A stretch of 64,000 nucleotides of DNA, taken from contig JBGPQV010000009.1 in the NCBI GenBank assembly GCA_041489255.1, forward strand, positions 1-64,000. The letters are read 5' to 3'. The position numbers were made by a program, and so were the translations under genes. Source of the stretch: Thermoplasmata archaeon (lineage in GTDB: Archaea; Thermoplasmatota; Thermoplasmata; RBG-16-68-12; JAFNFQ01). This document shows, piece by piece, positions 43,201 to 50,965 of the stretch (positions are counted from its first letter, which is position 1; every line of letters starts with the position of its first letter). The notes below the pieces were generated by a model. That model was given only the letters and a program-made list of their open reading frames with translations, searched no databases and was not told where the DNA came from.

Positions 43201-44903
43201 AGGGCGTGGGCTTCAGCGTCGAGGGTGCGACCAAGCTCCGCGTCGACCCTTACAACATATCGAAGGTGTACCTGAACTGGAACCTGCAGGGGAGCACGAA
43301 ACCTGGCAGGATGCTCGGCGCTCTCTACATCGGTCCCTCGAACGCGCCACTCATGATACTGGTCCCGATAACGCTGGTCATCGACTTCACTGCACCGAAG
43401 ATCACCAAGTTCTCCGTTACGGCGACAGGCGACAACCGCGTGGACGCCGCAACGGGCAGGACGACGAACGACAGGATGCCGAGTCTCGTCCTCGAGGTGA
43501 GGGACGACGACAGGGGCGAGCTGGACCCCGCGAGCGTCAGGACATACATGGACGGGGAGAACGTCACAGCATGGACTTCTGTCTCCTTCGCATTCAGCCC
43601 CCACCCGACCAGCGCGGTCCTTGGCCGGTGGAGCGGGAGCATCCGGTACGTGCCGATAAGGCCGCTCAGCCCGGGGCCCCACTTGTTCAAGGCCTCGGTG
43701 GCTGATGTTGCCGGGAACTTTGTCGATAGGGACTATGTCTTAGTGATCGACCCCGATGCCCCGCCAATATCCATAGAAGGCCCGCCGGTCCGGTACACGA
43801 ACGTCTCTGATGCGGAGATCCGCGGGACCACGGAGCCGGGCGCGACCGTCGTCATGGGGAACGCGACAGTCGTGGCCGATCAGGACGGGGCTTTCTCCTT
43901 CAATGTGCGCCTCACTCCAGGGATCAACGAGTACACCGCAAGGGCGACCGACTGGTTTGCGGCAGGCACTGGAGGAACGCAGGTCAGCGGCAATTACGCC
44001 GATGCCGCGATCAGGATAGTCTATGACACCGTACCGCCGGAGCTGCAGGCGGCGATTTCTCCGTCCCTGGTCACGAGCGGCGAGGCCGTCATGGTCTGGG
44101 GGCAGGTGAGCGACAGCGCCTCGACGATCGAACTGGACCCGACCACGGTGAGGGTGACCGTGAACGGAAACGACATCCACGTCAGCGCGGACGGGAAGTT
44201 CTCGGTGTGGGTCACGTTGTCGCTCGAAGGCGACAACCTGATCACGATCACCGCGACGGACCTTGCGGGCAACACCGCCAGCCAGGAAATCACGGTCACA
44301 AGGGATACAGAACCGCCAATCCTCGTGCTCGATGACATCCCCCGTGTTGTGACAGAAAGCACCGTCACGGTCTCCGGGAGGACGTCGTCAGGGATGAGGG
44401 CGAAGGTGAACGGGTTCGAGGCTCCCGTGAACCCTGACGGGACATTCTCGAAGCAGGTGCAGCTCAGCTACGGCATGAACTACATCGTGGTCAGGGTGAC
44501 CGACGATGCCGACAACGTCAACGAGATGAAGGTCGGAGTGTATTACGCCTCCAGCTTTGCGCCGGAATCGGGGGCGCCAGGCGGCTACCTCAACATGTCC
44601 CCGGGGGTGTGGGCGGCGATTGCCGTGGTGCTCGGCGTTGTGATCGGGCTGGTTCTCTCCATTCTCTTCAAGCCCAAGGGTGGAACGAAGGGCGAACCCC
44701 AGGAGGGCGAGGCCGTGGAAGTGGAGGGCGAGGAGAAGCCGAAGGAGGAAGAGGCTCCGAAGAAAGAGGTTCCACCTGAGACCGAGCCGACGAAGCCCGC
44801 AGAGGACAAGAGGGAGGCTGCGCTGCGCAAGGCCCTCGAGGACGGGAAGATCAACAAGGAGGTCTACGAGAAGAACCTGGCCCGCATCAAGGGGAAGGCA
44901 TAG
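37293..44903 (+). CDS. Giant membrane-anchored S8 (pyrolysin-like) serine protease with WD40 and carbohydrate-binding-like insertions
   Basis: Signal peptide; IAIVDDGID (Asp ~37827), HGTLMAS (His ~40248), SAGNDG, SGTSLSSP (Ser ~40893); GH...WD repeats ~39090-40045; C-terminal Ig-like repeats, TM ~44607-44670, charged tail. Confidence 0.88.
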   Translation: MLKTSLLALLVLVLLVVPSVPYVQGTHVAGVEESGQAISLDSTADQTQGWTQTSIEDTLVADAGKQFVDVVVFTSDAGELGRALSSMPHQGVVGTASGGGFSTPRIQVPAWALERIKSLPSTIGVYDYESPERQIMDDAEIMSGEGVVPTNIDSVNNHKAPAAWARGYRGEGTEIAIVDDGIDFAHPDLLGTVARYNASEVPQATLNQKPWLGTYDGWPIAYDPTSMSGWFAKGGKAEGTWYANTTSTDDTVWHTIKVDGKNDFWTDGSEKIGSDSNSDIVEINGTETRQDYNLIDLWATQDQNNWYFAFSSKANHSTMNFGLYINTTSSPPWTAGATYDPVNGNLITPVSNHTPEFAIYMTHNGGQLPGHYDKNDTIDNATVWKWIGSAWGSPVNVTDSPINGQFGYGKYDFKKGVGFVEIMIPKSYLGNPPGVSVELFTTGTNVSHAQDTCYEDPNVNFANPDWSSTPTQLSAFVQVERSFWHHTRNKVGDRATLSWPIHYITTGTSKSGSYFFGDHPDKNLPQTRVLVVDEAAAGVYDTVYDTVYVDLDHNKDFHNDKALKKLGKYDASLNWHPVDWNGQGTIYDETSYMDFYDPGGAVRTVAYSSDGKWLVSGGEDHQVVLWDTSNWAIKWSTNPRDGRPVSSAFSPDSNSVAVGFHDASGGRYYVVIWDVATGTITHTLAGHTGSVNGLAWSQDGTKIASASSDGTGRIWVVATGSYIELAGHTNAVTGVAWRWSDNIVATSSLDGTIRLWDSSGTSTARLVYGPPLSAVDFNPTGTILAAASFDGNVTLWNTVTRLFSAAAAHGGNGVLSVKFNNTGTGLVTTSNVTGDFDATVVTWDVVAWDNFFPRASGASACYESARGYRSPAGAFAANGTQVASACGSSSIKLWDNNLRLQGTLRGHRIGVTDYTIWDAGDGLPDISGGMIYFIAQNYYYAATTSWGTPIPYSDAYKSRNGQENLFIPVNGTLVAFMGEMDLGNKHGTLMASSIVGRGASRYYDSTTTIPYPMKEPTAPQVVGIAPAAKLVPIANVYTSSVFEGWWFTVQGYDGAPASGDEPQIAANGLSFSSTFEDGWDFYSRFADWITMVYASGSVAFTMSAGNDGNGYGTVTSPGSGAGVISVGASTDFFYRKASGLEGGSSQSYGDVVPFSSRGPTALGAPDPHMLANGRMSYGSTPLNLVIPYNGQIASELWSGTSLSSPLAAGILAMTEQAYKQKHGHWPDAATAKSLLMSSCDDINYDAYSQGAGFLNADRATKLAEESEGFYVTPSLWTPGNYSGQKYEAFTSLLDPGSSDSQTFTIGNIHQTAARTANLSAEIFHRFSQVDLAVNTLADFTGVAIDNYVTLSVLSPAAQTLGGPGAYQLIPPTVMKKRASINVADWIRADLLRVTISANFTSLDGDGDGILGGSKDFTYNIDLYDWTWDGLNPIMPHTGNFADLNRMTINHPTANVVQATIRNPAMRTHDGLVVGIRRFPYGAKDIYFRISIEFFEKTTWSPFLTLDNNSVNVPPNSNATFTATVNVPSNIPIGSYEGSIYVKGNPQHDIKTWEVVRTNTKYAALNQFNIVSIAVWRGAVKLRPGIDYVAYNDTGVVEFKIVLGLGNIMKVDYWYDQVVTIPVSVTVPAHGVIFNWSAGQVPGQDEFYSNVISAGFGLGGQSGDWRFYPTLLPQGGLYDLSKTLRFIAEVSWDLNRTDIDVFSFGPGGSVVAVGSDLSTQRYGPFLVGRNNGGSTTTALVFTTTGGNMEIASPAFAGGLNIIAVHVVHMNGLRYRENVSGEVGLFGLNPKELTVVTNKLYGRRAFQIFSTMSWPGIGAVSAGPAPPERYMNEHIKQDSTEGTDFVSILSKGSYTRLVRVKPSALIFSANTSSDQGYTDKPCSDLDLGVFLDGKGPGNVPDGIAQPEEFVVYSAGQSATEEVRLIRPTVEDDPDTPSINEMEVGAPYLIKVLGYIVPWAPYGTFNVDVTLVQGVGFSVEGATKLRVDPYNISKVYLNWNLQGSTKPGRMLGALYIGPSNAPLMILVPITLVIDFTAPKITKFSVTATGDNRVDAATGRTTNDRMPSLVLEVRDDDRGELDPASVRTYMDGENVTAWTSVSFAFSPHPTSAVLGRWSGSIRYVPIRPLSPGPHLFKASVADVAGNFVDRDYVLVIDPDAPPISIEGPPVRYTNVSDAEIRGTTEPGATVVMGNATVVADQDGAFSFNVRLTPGINEYTARATDWFAAGTGGTQVSGNYADAAIRIVYDTVPPELQAAISPSLVTSGEAVMVWGQVSDSASTIELDPTTVRVTVNGNDIHVSADGKFSVWVTLSLEGDNLITITATDLAGNTASQEITVTRDTEPPILVLDDIPRVVTESTVTVSGRTSSGMRAKVNGFEAPVNPDGTFSKQVQLSYGMNYIVVRVTDDADNVNEMKVGVYYASSFAPESGAPGGYLNMSPGVWAAIAVVLGVVIGLVLSILFKPKGGTKGEPQEGEAVEVEGEEKPKEEEAPKKEVPPETEPTKPAEDKREAALRKALEDGKINKEVYEKNLARIKGKA
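38906..38937 (+). repeat. 12-bp in-frame tandem duplication
   Basis: GGTCTACGACAC x2 + GGTCTACG, encoding VYDT-VYDT-VY. Confidence 0.85.
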
Positions 44904-44945
44904 GGCGCAAAGCTATTCTACCGGAGGCGGTTAGGCACCGCCCAA

Positions 44946-45017
44946 GGGCCGATAGATCAGTGGAAGATCGCCGCCTTCGCAAGGCGGAAGCCGTGGGTTC
45001 AAATCCCACTCGGTCCA
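44946..45017 (+). tRNA. tRNA-Ala(CGC)
   Basis: Acceptor GGGCCGA/TCGGTCC with G3:U70, anticodon stem CCGCC/GGCGG loop TTCGCAA, T-arm GTGGG-TTCAAAT-CCCAC, discriminator A. Confidence 0.95.
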
Positions 45018-45179
45018 CTTCACTCTGGGGAACGACCTTCGAACATGCAGAATGATGAAGATCCGCTAGCGCAAGAATCGTGGAATCAAGATGGCTCTAG
45101 ATTTCGAGCGCGTCGAAGCGTCTTCCCGCTGAGCGCAATGATGAGTGCATACGAGGGAACCCTGCTCCAATGCGATCCG

Positions 45180-47528
45180 TCAAGGTTCCTTCAGACGCCC
45201 GAAGCGGCCGAGCTGGTCCTGTTCCTTTCTAAGCTGCTCCTTGTATATCCAGAAAAGGACCAGAAGGCACCCGACCGCCAGCGCGACGGTGATCACCCCG
45301 CAAGCGCTCACGAGGTATAGGCCCGACTCCTCCACGGTGTCTGCCTGGTTGCCGACGAAGACGTTGTCGCTGAGCACCATGTGGCTCGCGCTGTCGTACC
45401 TTATGGCGTAGTTGCTGTTGTGCTCGAAGTAGTTGGAGCGGACTATGGGGCTTGAGCTCTGCACGACGACGCCGTGGAGGTTGTCGATGAAGGAATTGCT
45501 CTCGATGAGTGCGTCCGAGCCTTCTGCGACTATCATCGCGTAGTTGCAGTTCTCTATCCTGTTGCCGACGATGCGCGCCTTGGAGCCATGCATCTCGATC
45601 CCGTCGTCGCCCGCGTCGGAGATGGTCGAGTTGGCGATGGTCGGATTCGAATTCATGATTAGGATTCCGTTGAGCCTGGCGTCGGGGAACCTCGTCGCGT
45701 TGATTATGACATCGCTGGAATATATCTCCAGGCCGCCATTGAAGTTCTCCTGCTTCGGGTCCGCCCAGACCCCGGAGATCAGGCTGTTGTCAATTACCGC
45801 AGCTCCCATTATCTCAAACGTGTAAGTGAAATCGGAGCTCGAGCTCAGCACCTTGGAGTCGGCGCTGATGAAGAGCGTCCCGCCATCGGCGACCCATATG
45901 CCGAACTCCTTGTCGGAGGAGAGGTTCATGATCAGCGACGTGTTGACGAGCTGGAGGATCTGGCCCGCGTCGACCAGAACCCAATCGTTCACATTGATTG
46001 TGGCGTTCACATAGGTGCCCGGCGCGAGGCTGCTGGAGGCCGGCTTCGGCTCGATGTAGATTGCCGACTGCGGGGTGGCGGGAACCGAGGCGGCTATCTC
46101 CAGCCCTATGCTGATGAAGAAGAAGGCCAGCGCCACCGCGATGATGGCGGCGGGGACCTTGATGTTCAGCCTTCTTGGCACGATCTTCTGCATCTTCGTC
46201 ATCCTGAACGTCATGTATGTGACCGCGAGCATGACGAAGATCGGCATGACGAGTCCGAGACCGGAAAACACGAGGGAGGTTGACTGACCCGAGAAGGTGT
46301 ACAGGATGAACAGCGCGCTGATGACTACCGCGACAATGGCGGAGGTCGCGTAGAGCCCGTATTCCATCTTCCTCGAGGAGACGGCCTCTTCGGGCGACAC
46401 CTCGCCCTTTACGACGAACTCCTCCCGCCCGAGCTTGGCTTTAATCGTGTCGAGCATCTCCGGGAAGCCGCGCATCTTCTTCCTGATCGCGATGCTCTGC
46501 CTCGGGTTGTTTGTCCTGAAGATGTAGATCCGGCCGTCAATGAAATTGCCCATCTCCGTGACGTCGAGCAACTCGCCGAATGAGTAGAAGAAAGTCCGCC
46601 CGCCGAATGGCGCGGTCGCTTCAATCCCGTTCTCATAGATCTTGACGGGTTTCAGTCTCCGACTCATGAACATGAGCACGATGCCGACGGCGGCGAGCAT
46701 CGGACCGAAGACGAAGAACATCATCAACAGGAGGAAGAAGAGCGTCGGGAGCCTCACGGCGAGGAGCGCGACCCCTACGCCCGCGATCACGATGCCGATG
46801 CCGACGAGCAATGCACCGCCTCTGACGAAGGCCTGCGCCCTTTCCGCGATGTCCTCTTGACTCTCCTGGAGCAGCAGCTTGCCTTTGCCCTCGACCGCGG
46901 TCTTTGGCGGGGGCATCCCGAACGGTCTCGTCTCGGACGGTCGCGGGATTCCCGGAGTCCGCATGCTCTTGTGGATGAGGAGCTCGCCCTCCATGAAGTT
47001 GCCCAAGAGCGTCTCGTTCTCGCGGTAGGTCTGGTACCACCGCGGGCCCATCGCCTGCTTGAGCACGGGGACAATCCGCTCGAAGTCGTGTGCTCTCGAG
47101 CTGACGAGGAGCACCATCGAGCTCTCCGTCTCTATCTGCACCGCCTTGAAAGACGCGTGGCCGGTCCAGATCGAGTCGGTCTTCGTGAATGGGTTCTCAA
47201 TCTTCACGGGGTAGATGTCGGATATCTCTGACCAGGGCACGAAGACGTACTTACCTTTCTTGCCCAGGCTGAATTTGGCGTAGATGCCGTTCTGGTAGAT
47301 CGCCATGCCGTCATGCGAGACGAGCTTGCGCTTGTACAGAGGAGAACCCTGAGGTCTCGCCTTAGGTTTCATCGCCCTGTATCTCCCGTTCGCTTCCTTC
47401 AGGGCATTGACCTGCGTCTTGTCGAGCTTGAGCCAGCCGTGGACCACGGAGCCGTAGCGCTTGATCCCGTACCAGAGCGCCAGGGGAATGCCGAAGGCGA
47501 CTGCAAAGATCGCGATATCCTCAATCAC
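45180..47528 (-). CDS. Multi-pass membrane protein with two repeated small soluble domains and a right-handed beta-helix
   Basis: IYQNGI..VPWSEI and IYENGI..YSFGEL repeats; several TMs; Asn-ladder repeats (DGIEM..S...I.GN.I.N); C-terminal TM. Confidence 0.7.
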   Translation of the reverse strand: MIEDIAIFAVAFGIPLALWYGIKRYGSVVHGWLKLDKTQVNALKEANGRYRAMKPKARPQGSPLYKRKLVSHDGMAIYQNGIYAKFSLGKKGKYVFVPWSEISDIYPVKIENPFTKTDSIWTGHASFKAVQIETESSMVLLVSSRAHDFERIVPVLKQAMGPRWYQTYRENETLLGNFMEGELLIHKSMRTPGIPRPSETRPFGMPPPKTAVEGKGKLLLQESQEDIAERAQAFVRGGALLVGIGIVIAGVGVALLAVRLPTLFFLLLMMFFVFGPMLAAVGIVLMFMSRRLKPVKIYENGIEATAPFGGRTFFYSFGELLDVTEMGNFIDGRIYIFRTNNPRQSIAIRKKMRGFPEMLDTIKAKLGREEFVVKGEVSPEEAVSSRKMEYGLYATSAIVAVVISALFILYTFSGQSTSLVFSGLGLVMPIFVMLAVTYMTFRMTKMQKIVPRRLNIKVPAAIIAVALAFFFISIGLEIAASVPATPQSAIYIEPKPASSSLAPGTYVNATINVNDWVLVDAGQILQLVNTSLIMNLSSDKEFGIWVADGGTLFISADSKVLSSSSDFTYTFEIMGAAVIDNSLISGVWADPKQENFNGGLEIYSSDVIINATRFPDARLNGILIMNSNPTIANSTISDAGDDGIEMHGSKARIVGNRIENCNYAMIVAEGSDALIESNSFIDNLHGVVVQSSSPIVRSNYFEHNSNYAIRYDSASHMVLSDNVFVGNQADTVEESGLYLVSACGVITVALAVGCLLVLFWIYKEQLRKEQDQLGRFGRLKEP

Positions 47529-47935
47529 AGTCTCATCTCCGCGCAGCTCTTCTGGTGGCTCTCCGATACCTTCCTGCTATTGAACATCTTGCCGCAGTGC
47601 TTGCACGCGAAGTCCCCCGCAATGGCGGCGAGTTCCGGGTTTCCCATGCGGTAGACGGTCATGAGCGAGATTCCCAATCCGGCGAAGAGCAGGACCGTGA
47701 AGAACACCATGAACACGGTCTGCAGCATCTCCTTGTTGGGGAGAAGGACGAGGAGGGAGAGGAAGACCACGCCGAAAACGCCGTACATTACCGCCATCAC
47801 CCAGATCCTGCCGGCGGCCTCTGGCCTCACCGCGGTTGGCGGGGCCTGGATGGGCTTGCTCGCCCTGGGAGGTGAGAAACCTTGCGTCCTCGGAGTCATC
47901 CCCATGAATCCTGCCCCCTGCAGAGGCTGAAGCAT
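47525..47935 (-). CDS. Two-TM membrane protein with C2H2/C2HC-type zinc finger
   Basis: FACKHCGKMFNSRKVSESHQKSC; GTGA overlap with the next gene. Confidence 0.65.
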   Translation of the reverse strand: MLQPLQGAGFMGMTPRTQGFSPPRASKPIQAPPTAVRPEAAGRIWVMAVMYGVFGVVFLSLLVLLPNKEMLQTVFMVFFTVLLFAGLGISLMTVYRMGNPELAAIAGDFACKHCGKMFNSRKVSESHQKSCAEMRL

Positions 47936-48215
47936 GCTCCATGGTCAAATGCTTTGCGCTGGAGGCGGCGTTGTCAAATCTTCAGGGATGAGAACCGCCA
48001 GGAATCGTATCGACCGCCCTACACATATGGAGAACGATCATTCGCTGAGATTAGGTCTCAGCCCGAATATCCCTAGGTTTTTGACAACGTCGCTGGAGGC
48101 ATGGGCGTAATCGTCACCGCAGGGACGCCCGTCGAGCATTCGCTCGTGATTAGCCGGCCCCGTTCGGGACCGCGAATCCTCATGCACGGTCCCTGGATCG
48201 GATTCTCGCCCAATC

Positions 48216-50870
48216 CTAGCTGTTCGGCACGGCCCAGTTGACATCGCTGCTCACGCGGATCATGTAGGCGTAGCCGACCACCAGGTGTGTTGATGCCCAG
48301 TCGTTCCTGAGTACCTTCTGCAGGTAGTACGGCCCCGCGCTCGCGTCGTACATCTCCACGAGCTGCAGCAGTCCTCCAGTGGCGGTGTTGAGATCCGCGA
48401 AAGTGTATGTCTGATTGAACGTGGGAAAGCCGATCATGTTCCAGCCGCTCTTGAGGCTCACGACAATGTCCTTCGGGACAAGGCCAGCCACAGTCATCGT
48501 GCCTGGACCGTCGAGATCGACCCAGAAGCCCTGCACCACACTGAGATGTGTCAGGCTGTTGATGAACAGACCAGGCTTATGACACCACCATGGGTTCGGC
48601 GTGCCGGCGATGTATGTCCTCACGTAGTTGTAGCTGAAGGTCTGGAAGACGACTGCCGGGTCATCGTCCGCCTGCAGCAGCGGGAAGGAGACGAGCTGCT
48701 TCCCCGTCGTCATGCTCCTGTAGAACTTGGCGGCGAGATCCGAACACGGGCTGTCGTACATGTATGAGCTCGCGACGACGCAGTAGAAGAAGTTGAGGTA
48801 GGACCCATGGCCCGCGCCGGAGTCAGTGTACGAGTAGCTCAGCAGTCCGGTCGCTGGGACGATTGCTATCTGGGCGAAGGGCCCCTGCACGGTGCTTGAC
48901 TTGAGGACTTTGTATGCGATGACGTTGTGGTTTCCCCCTCCGTCATCGGGAGAGGCATTCCAGTGGAGCGTGACATCGGTGAAGCCTGGCCCCGTCAGCT
49001 CTGCTTCCGTTATCTGCGGTGCGCGCGGCGGTACCTCGTTCACAGCGCAGACATCGACGTAGCCGCCGGCGCCCCAGTTGCCGACGCTGTCCCTGCCGTG
49101 GATCCAGAAGCGGTGACAGGAGCCGACCGACCATCCGGCGGCGGTGTCGTTCGCCCAGAGCCAGGCGGTCTCGGTCTTGCTCCTGTTGACGCCTGTCAGG
49201 TTCATGGCCCACGCGTCCGTCCAGTCGACCATTGCCGGGTCGTTCACAGTCGTGTCCGTTATCACCAGCTCTGCGGCGTCTATGTAGCGCGAACCGGTCC
49301 GGGAATCGTCTATGGTCGCTCTTACTTCGAGCGACGTGGAGAAGCCGACCAGATACGGATTGGGGATGGTCATCGCGTTGCGCGTGATTGGGCCGGTGGT
49401 GTCGTTACCGGCTTGCGAGCTTGCGCCAATCGTCACGTAGATGTTCGTGTCCCCGTCCCTGTTGTCCTGCCAGGCGATCGCCAGATCGACAGCACCAATG
49501 TAGACCGTGGTAGCCTTCTCGTCGTTGACGGCGGTGCCTGCGTTGTCGCTCACCTTCTGCGGGCCGGTCCAGGTGCCTCCGGTGTCCGCGCTCACCATTT
49601 CGGTCATCACGGAATCAGAGTAGTAGGCTATATGGGAAGTTCTGCTGACGCCCGCCACCGAGACGGAGCGCTGGTCGGTTATTGCGGCGTCGAGCTGGAC
49701 GGCGGTGGGCATAGAGAGCCAGCCGTCCGTCGTACTGAAGGAGATGATTCTGTGCCCGGTCGGGTCTGAAGGAAGCTGGAATGATCCGGCGAGGACTGAT
49801 TTGACCCCGTCCGATGCCCCTGCAGCGAAGATGCCGTCGGTCGAGTTGGCATTGGACTCCCAGCCGTTCACGATCGTCCCGGCATCTTCGGTCATGAAAA
49901 TCCACAAGAGTTTCCACTGTGCGTCATCGATGGTCTCCATGTCCATCGCCATGACGTAGTCGTGGCTGCCCCACCATGCGGACGGATGCAGCGGATCGGG
50001 CAAGCCTGAGGTGCCGTTCGGCGCGGCGGCGACATTCCAGCGGTATCCGCCAAGGCTGAGAGTCCAGCCCATGACGTCGTTGGCGAACTCCTCGCCGAAC
50101 CAGAACGCCGTGTGCGCCCCGCCATCGCAGCCCACTGTAGCGGTGCAATATGCCTGTGCCTGGAACATGATGCCGTCCGGGTATGCGCCCACATTCCTCT
50201 GAGCGATGACCGTGGGGAATTGAATGTCAGTCATCGTCCCGCTCCACATGCCGCCGATGTCAAGACTGTATCCGAGGAAGTTCTTACCGTTGGTTGAGTG
50301 GGCGAACGGCATGACGCTCGGCTGCGAAGCGTCCTGCCACGTCACGATGACCGTGCCCTGAGACGTGATCGCGATGGACGGGTTGGTCTCGTCGCCGTCG
50401 GCATTCCAGAACGGCTGAGTATCCCACGGCGTGCTGTTGTCCGGAGCGACCGACATGTAGATGTCCCAGTCCGCTCCGTTGAAGTGCTGGAACACGAGGA
50501 ACCAGGCTCCGTCCATCGCGCTTCCGATGGCGGGGTATTGGGCCATGCTCGGCCTCGTCTGCTCGTTCGCGTCTCCCCAGACGCGTACGTTCGGATCGAA
50601 GGGCGGGTCGCCTGGCGGTGGTCCTCCCTCCTGTGAATGCCTCCAATCGATCGTCATCCTCGCTCCTGTTGGCTGGGCCTTCAGCGATTCTGCCGAGAAT
50701 TTCTGGACCGCCGGAGGAGCAATCCGCTGGACTCCCATGGGTTCAGTATCTGATGGGGTTTCAGCCCCCGCACCCGGCGTCCTGCCGAGATACGCGAACG
50801 AGCTGGCCGTCACCAAGCCAATCAAGAGAAGGACAGTGCTGGCTCTTGCCAATTCAATGTCGTTCCTCAT
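48216..50870 (-). CDS. Secreted surface protein (propeller-like region, FN3 domain, C-terminal GWN-motif domain)
   Basis: Signal peptide; PSIA/WQD.R..D..IY repeats and SADTGGTW Asp-box; VTLHWNAS..YKV..YSYTD FN3; LKSGWNMIGFP. Confidence 0.7.
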   Translation of the reverse strand: MRNDIELARASTVLLLIGLVTASSFAYLGRTPGAGAETPSDTEPMGVQRIAPPAVQKFSAESLKAQPTGARMTIDWRHSQEGGPPPGDPPFDPNVRVWGDANEQTRPSMAQYPAIGSAMDGAWFLVFQHFNGADWDIYMSVAPDNSTPWDTQPFWNADGDETNPSIAITSQGTVIVTWQDASQPSVMPFAHSTNGKNFLGYSLDIGGMWSGTMTDIQFPTVIAQRNVGAYPDGIMFQAQAYCTATVGCDGGAHTAFWFGEEFANDVMGWTLSLGGYRWNVAAAPNGTSGLPDPLHPSAWWGSHDYVMAMDMETIDDAQWKLLWIFMTEDAGTIVNGWESNANSTDGIFAAGASDGVKSVLAGSFQLPSDPTGHRIISFSTTDGWLSMPTAVQLDAAITDQRSVSVAGVSRTSHIAYYSDSVMTEMVSADTGGTWTGPQKVSDNAGTAVNDEKATTVYIGAVDLAIAWQDNRDGDTNIYVTIGASSQAGNDTTGPITRNAMTIPNPYLVGFSTSLEVRATIDDSRTGSRYIDAAELVITDTTVNDPAMVDWTDAWAMNLTGVNRSKTETAWLWANDTAAGWSVGSCHRFWIHGRDSVGNWGAGGYVDVCAVNEVPPRAPQITEAELTGPGFTDVTLHWNASPDDGGGNHNVIAYKVLKSSTVQGPFAQIAIVPATGLLSYSYTDSGAGHGSYLNFFYCVVASSYMYDSPCSDLAAKFYRSMTTGKQLVSFPLLQADDDPAVVFQTFSYNYVRTYIAGTPNPWWCHKPGLFINSLTHLSVVQGFWVDLDGPGTMTVAGLVPKDIVVSLKSGWNMIGFPTFNQTYTFADLNTATGGLLQLVEMYDASAGPYYLQKVLRNDWASTHLVVGYAYMIRVSSDVNWAVPNS

Positions 50871-50965
50871 AGTCCTTCCTCCTTGCATTTGAGCTCCGAT
50901 CGAGCTCTCTCGCTCTCACTGAATGAATAATCAATTCCGGATATTGCATCGTTAAGTCCCCCTCC

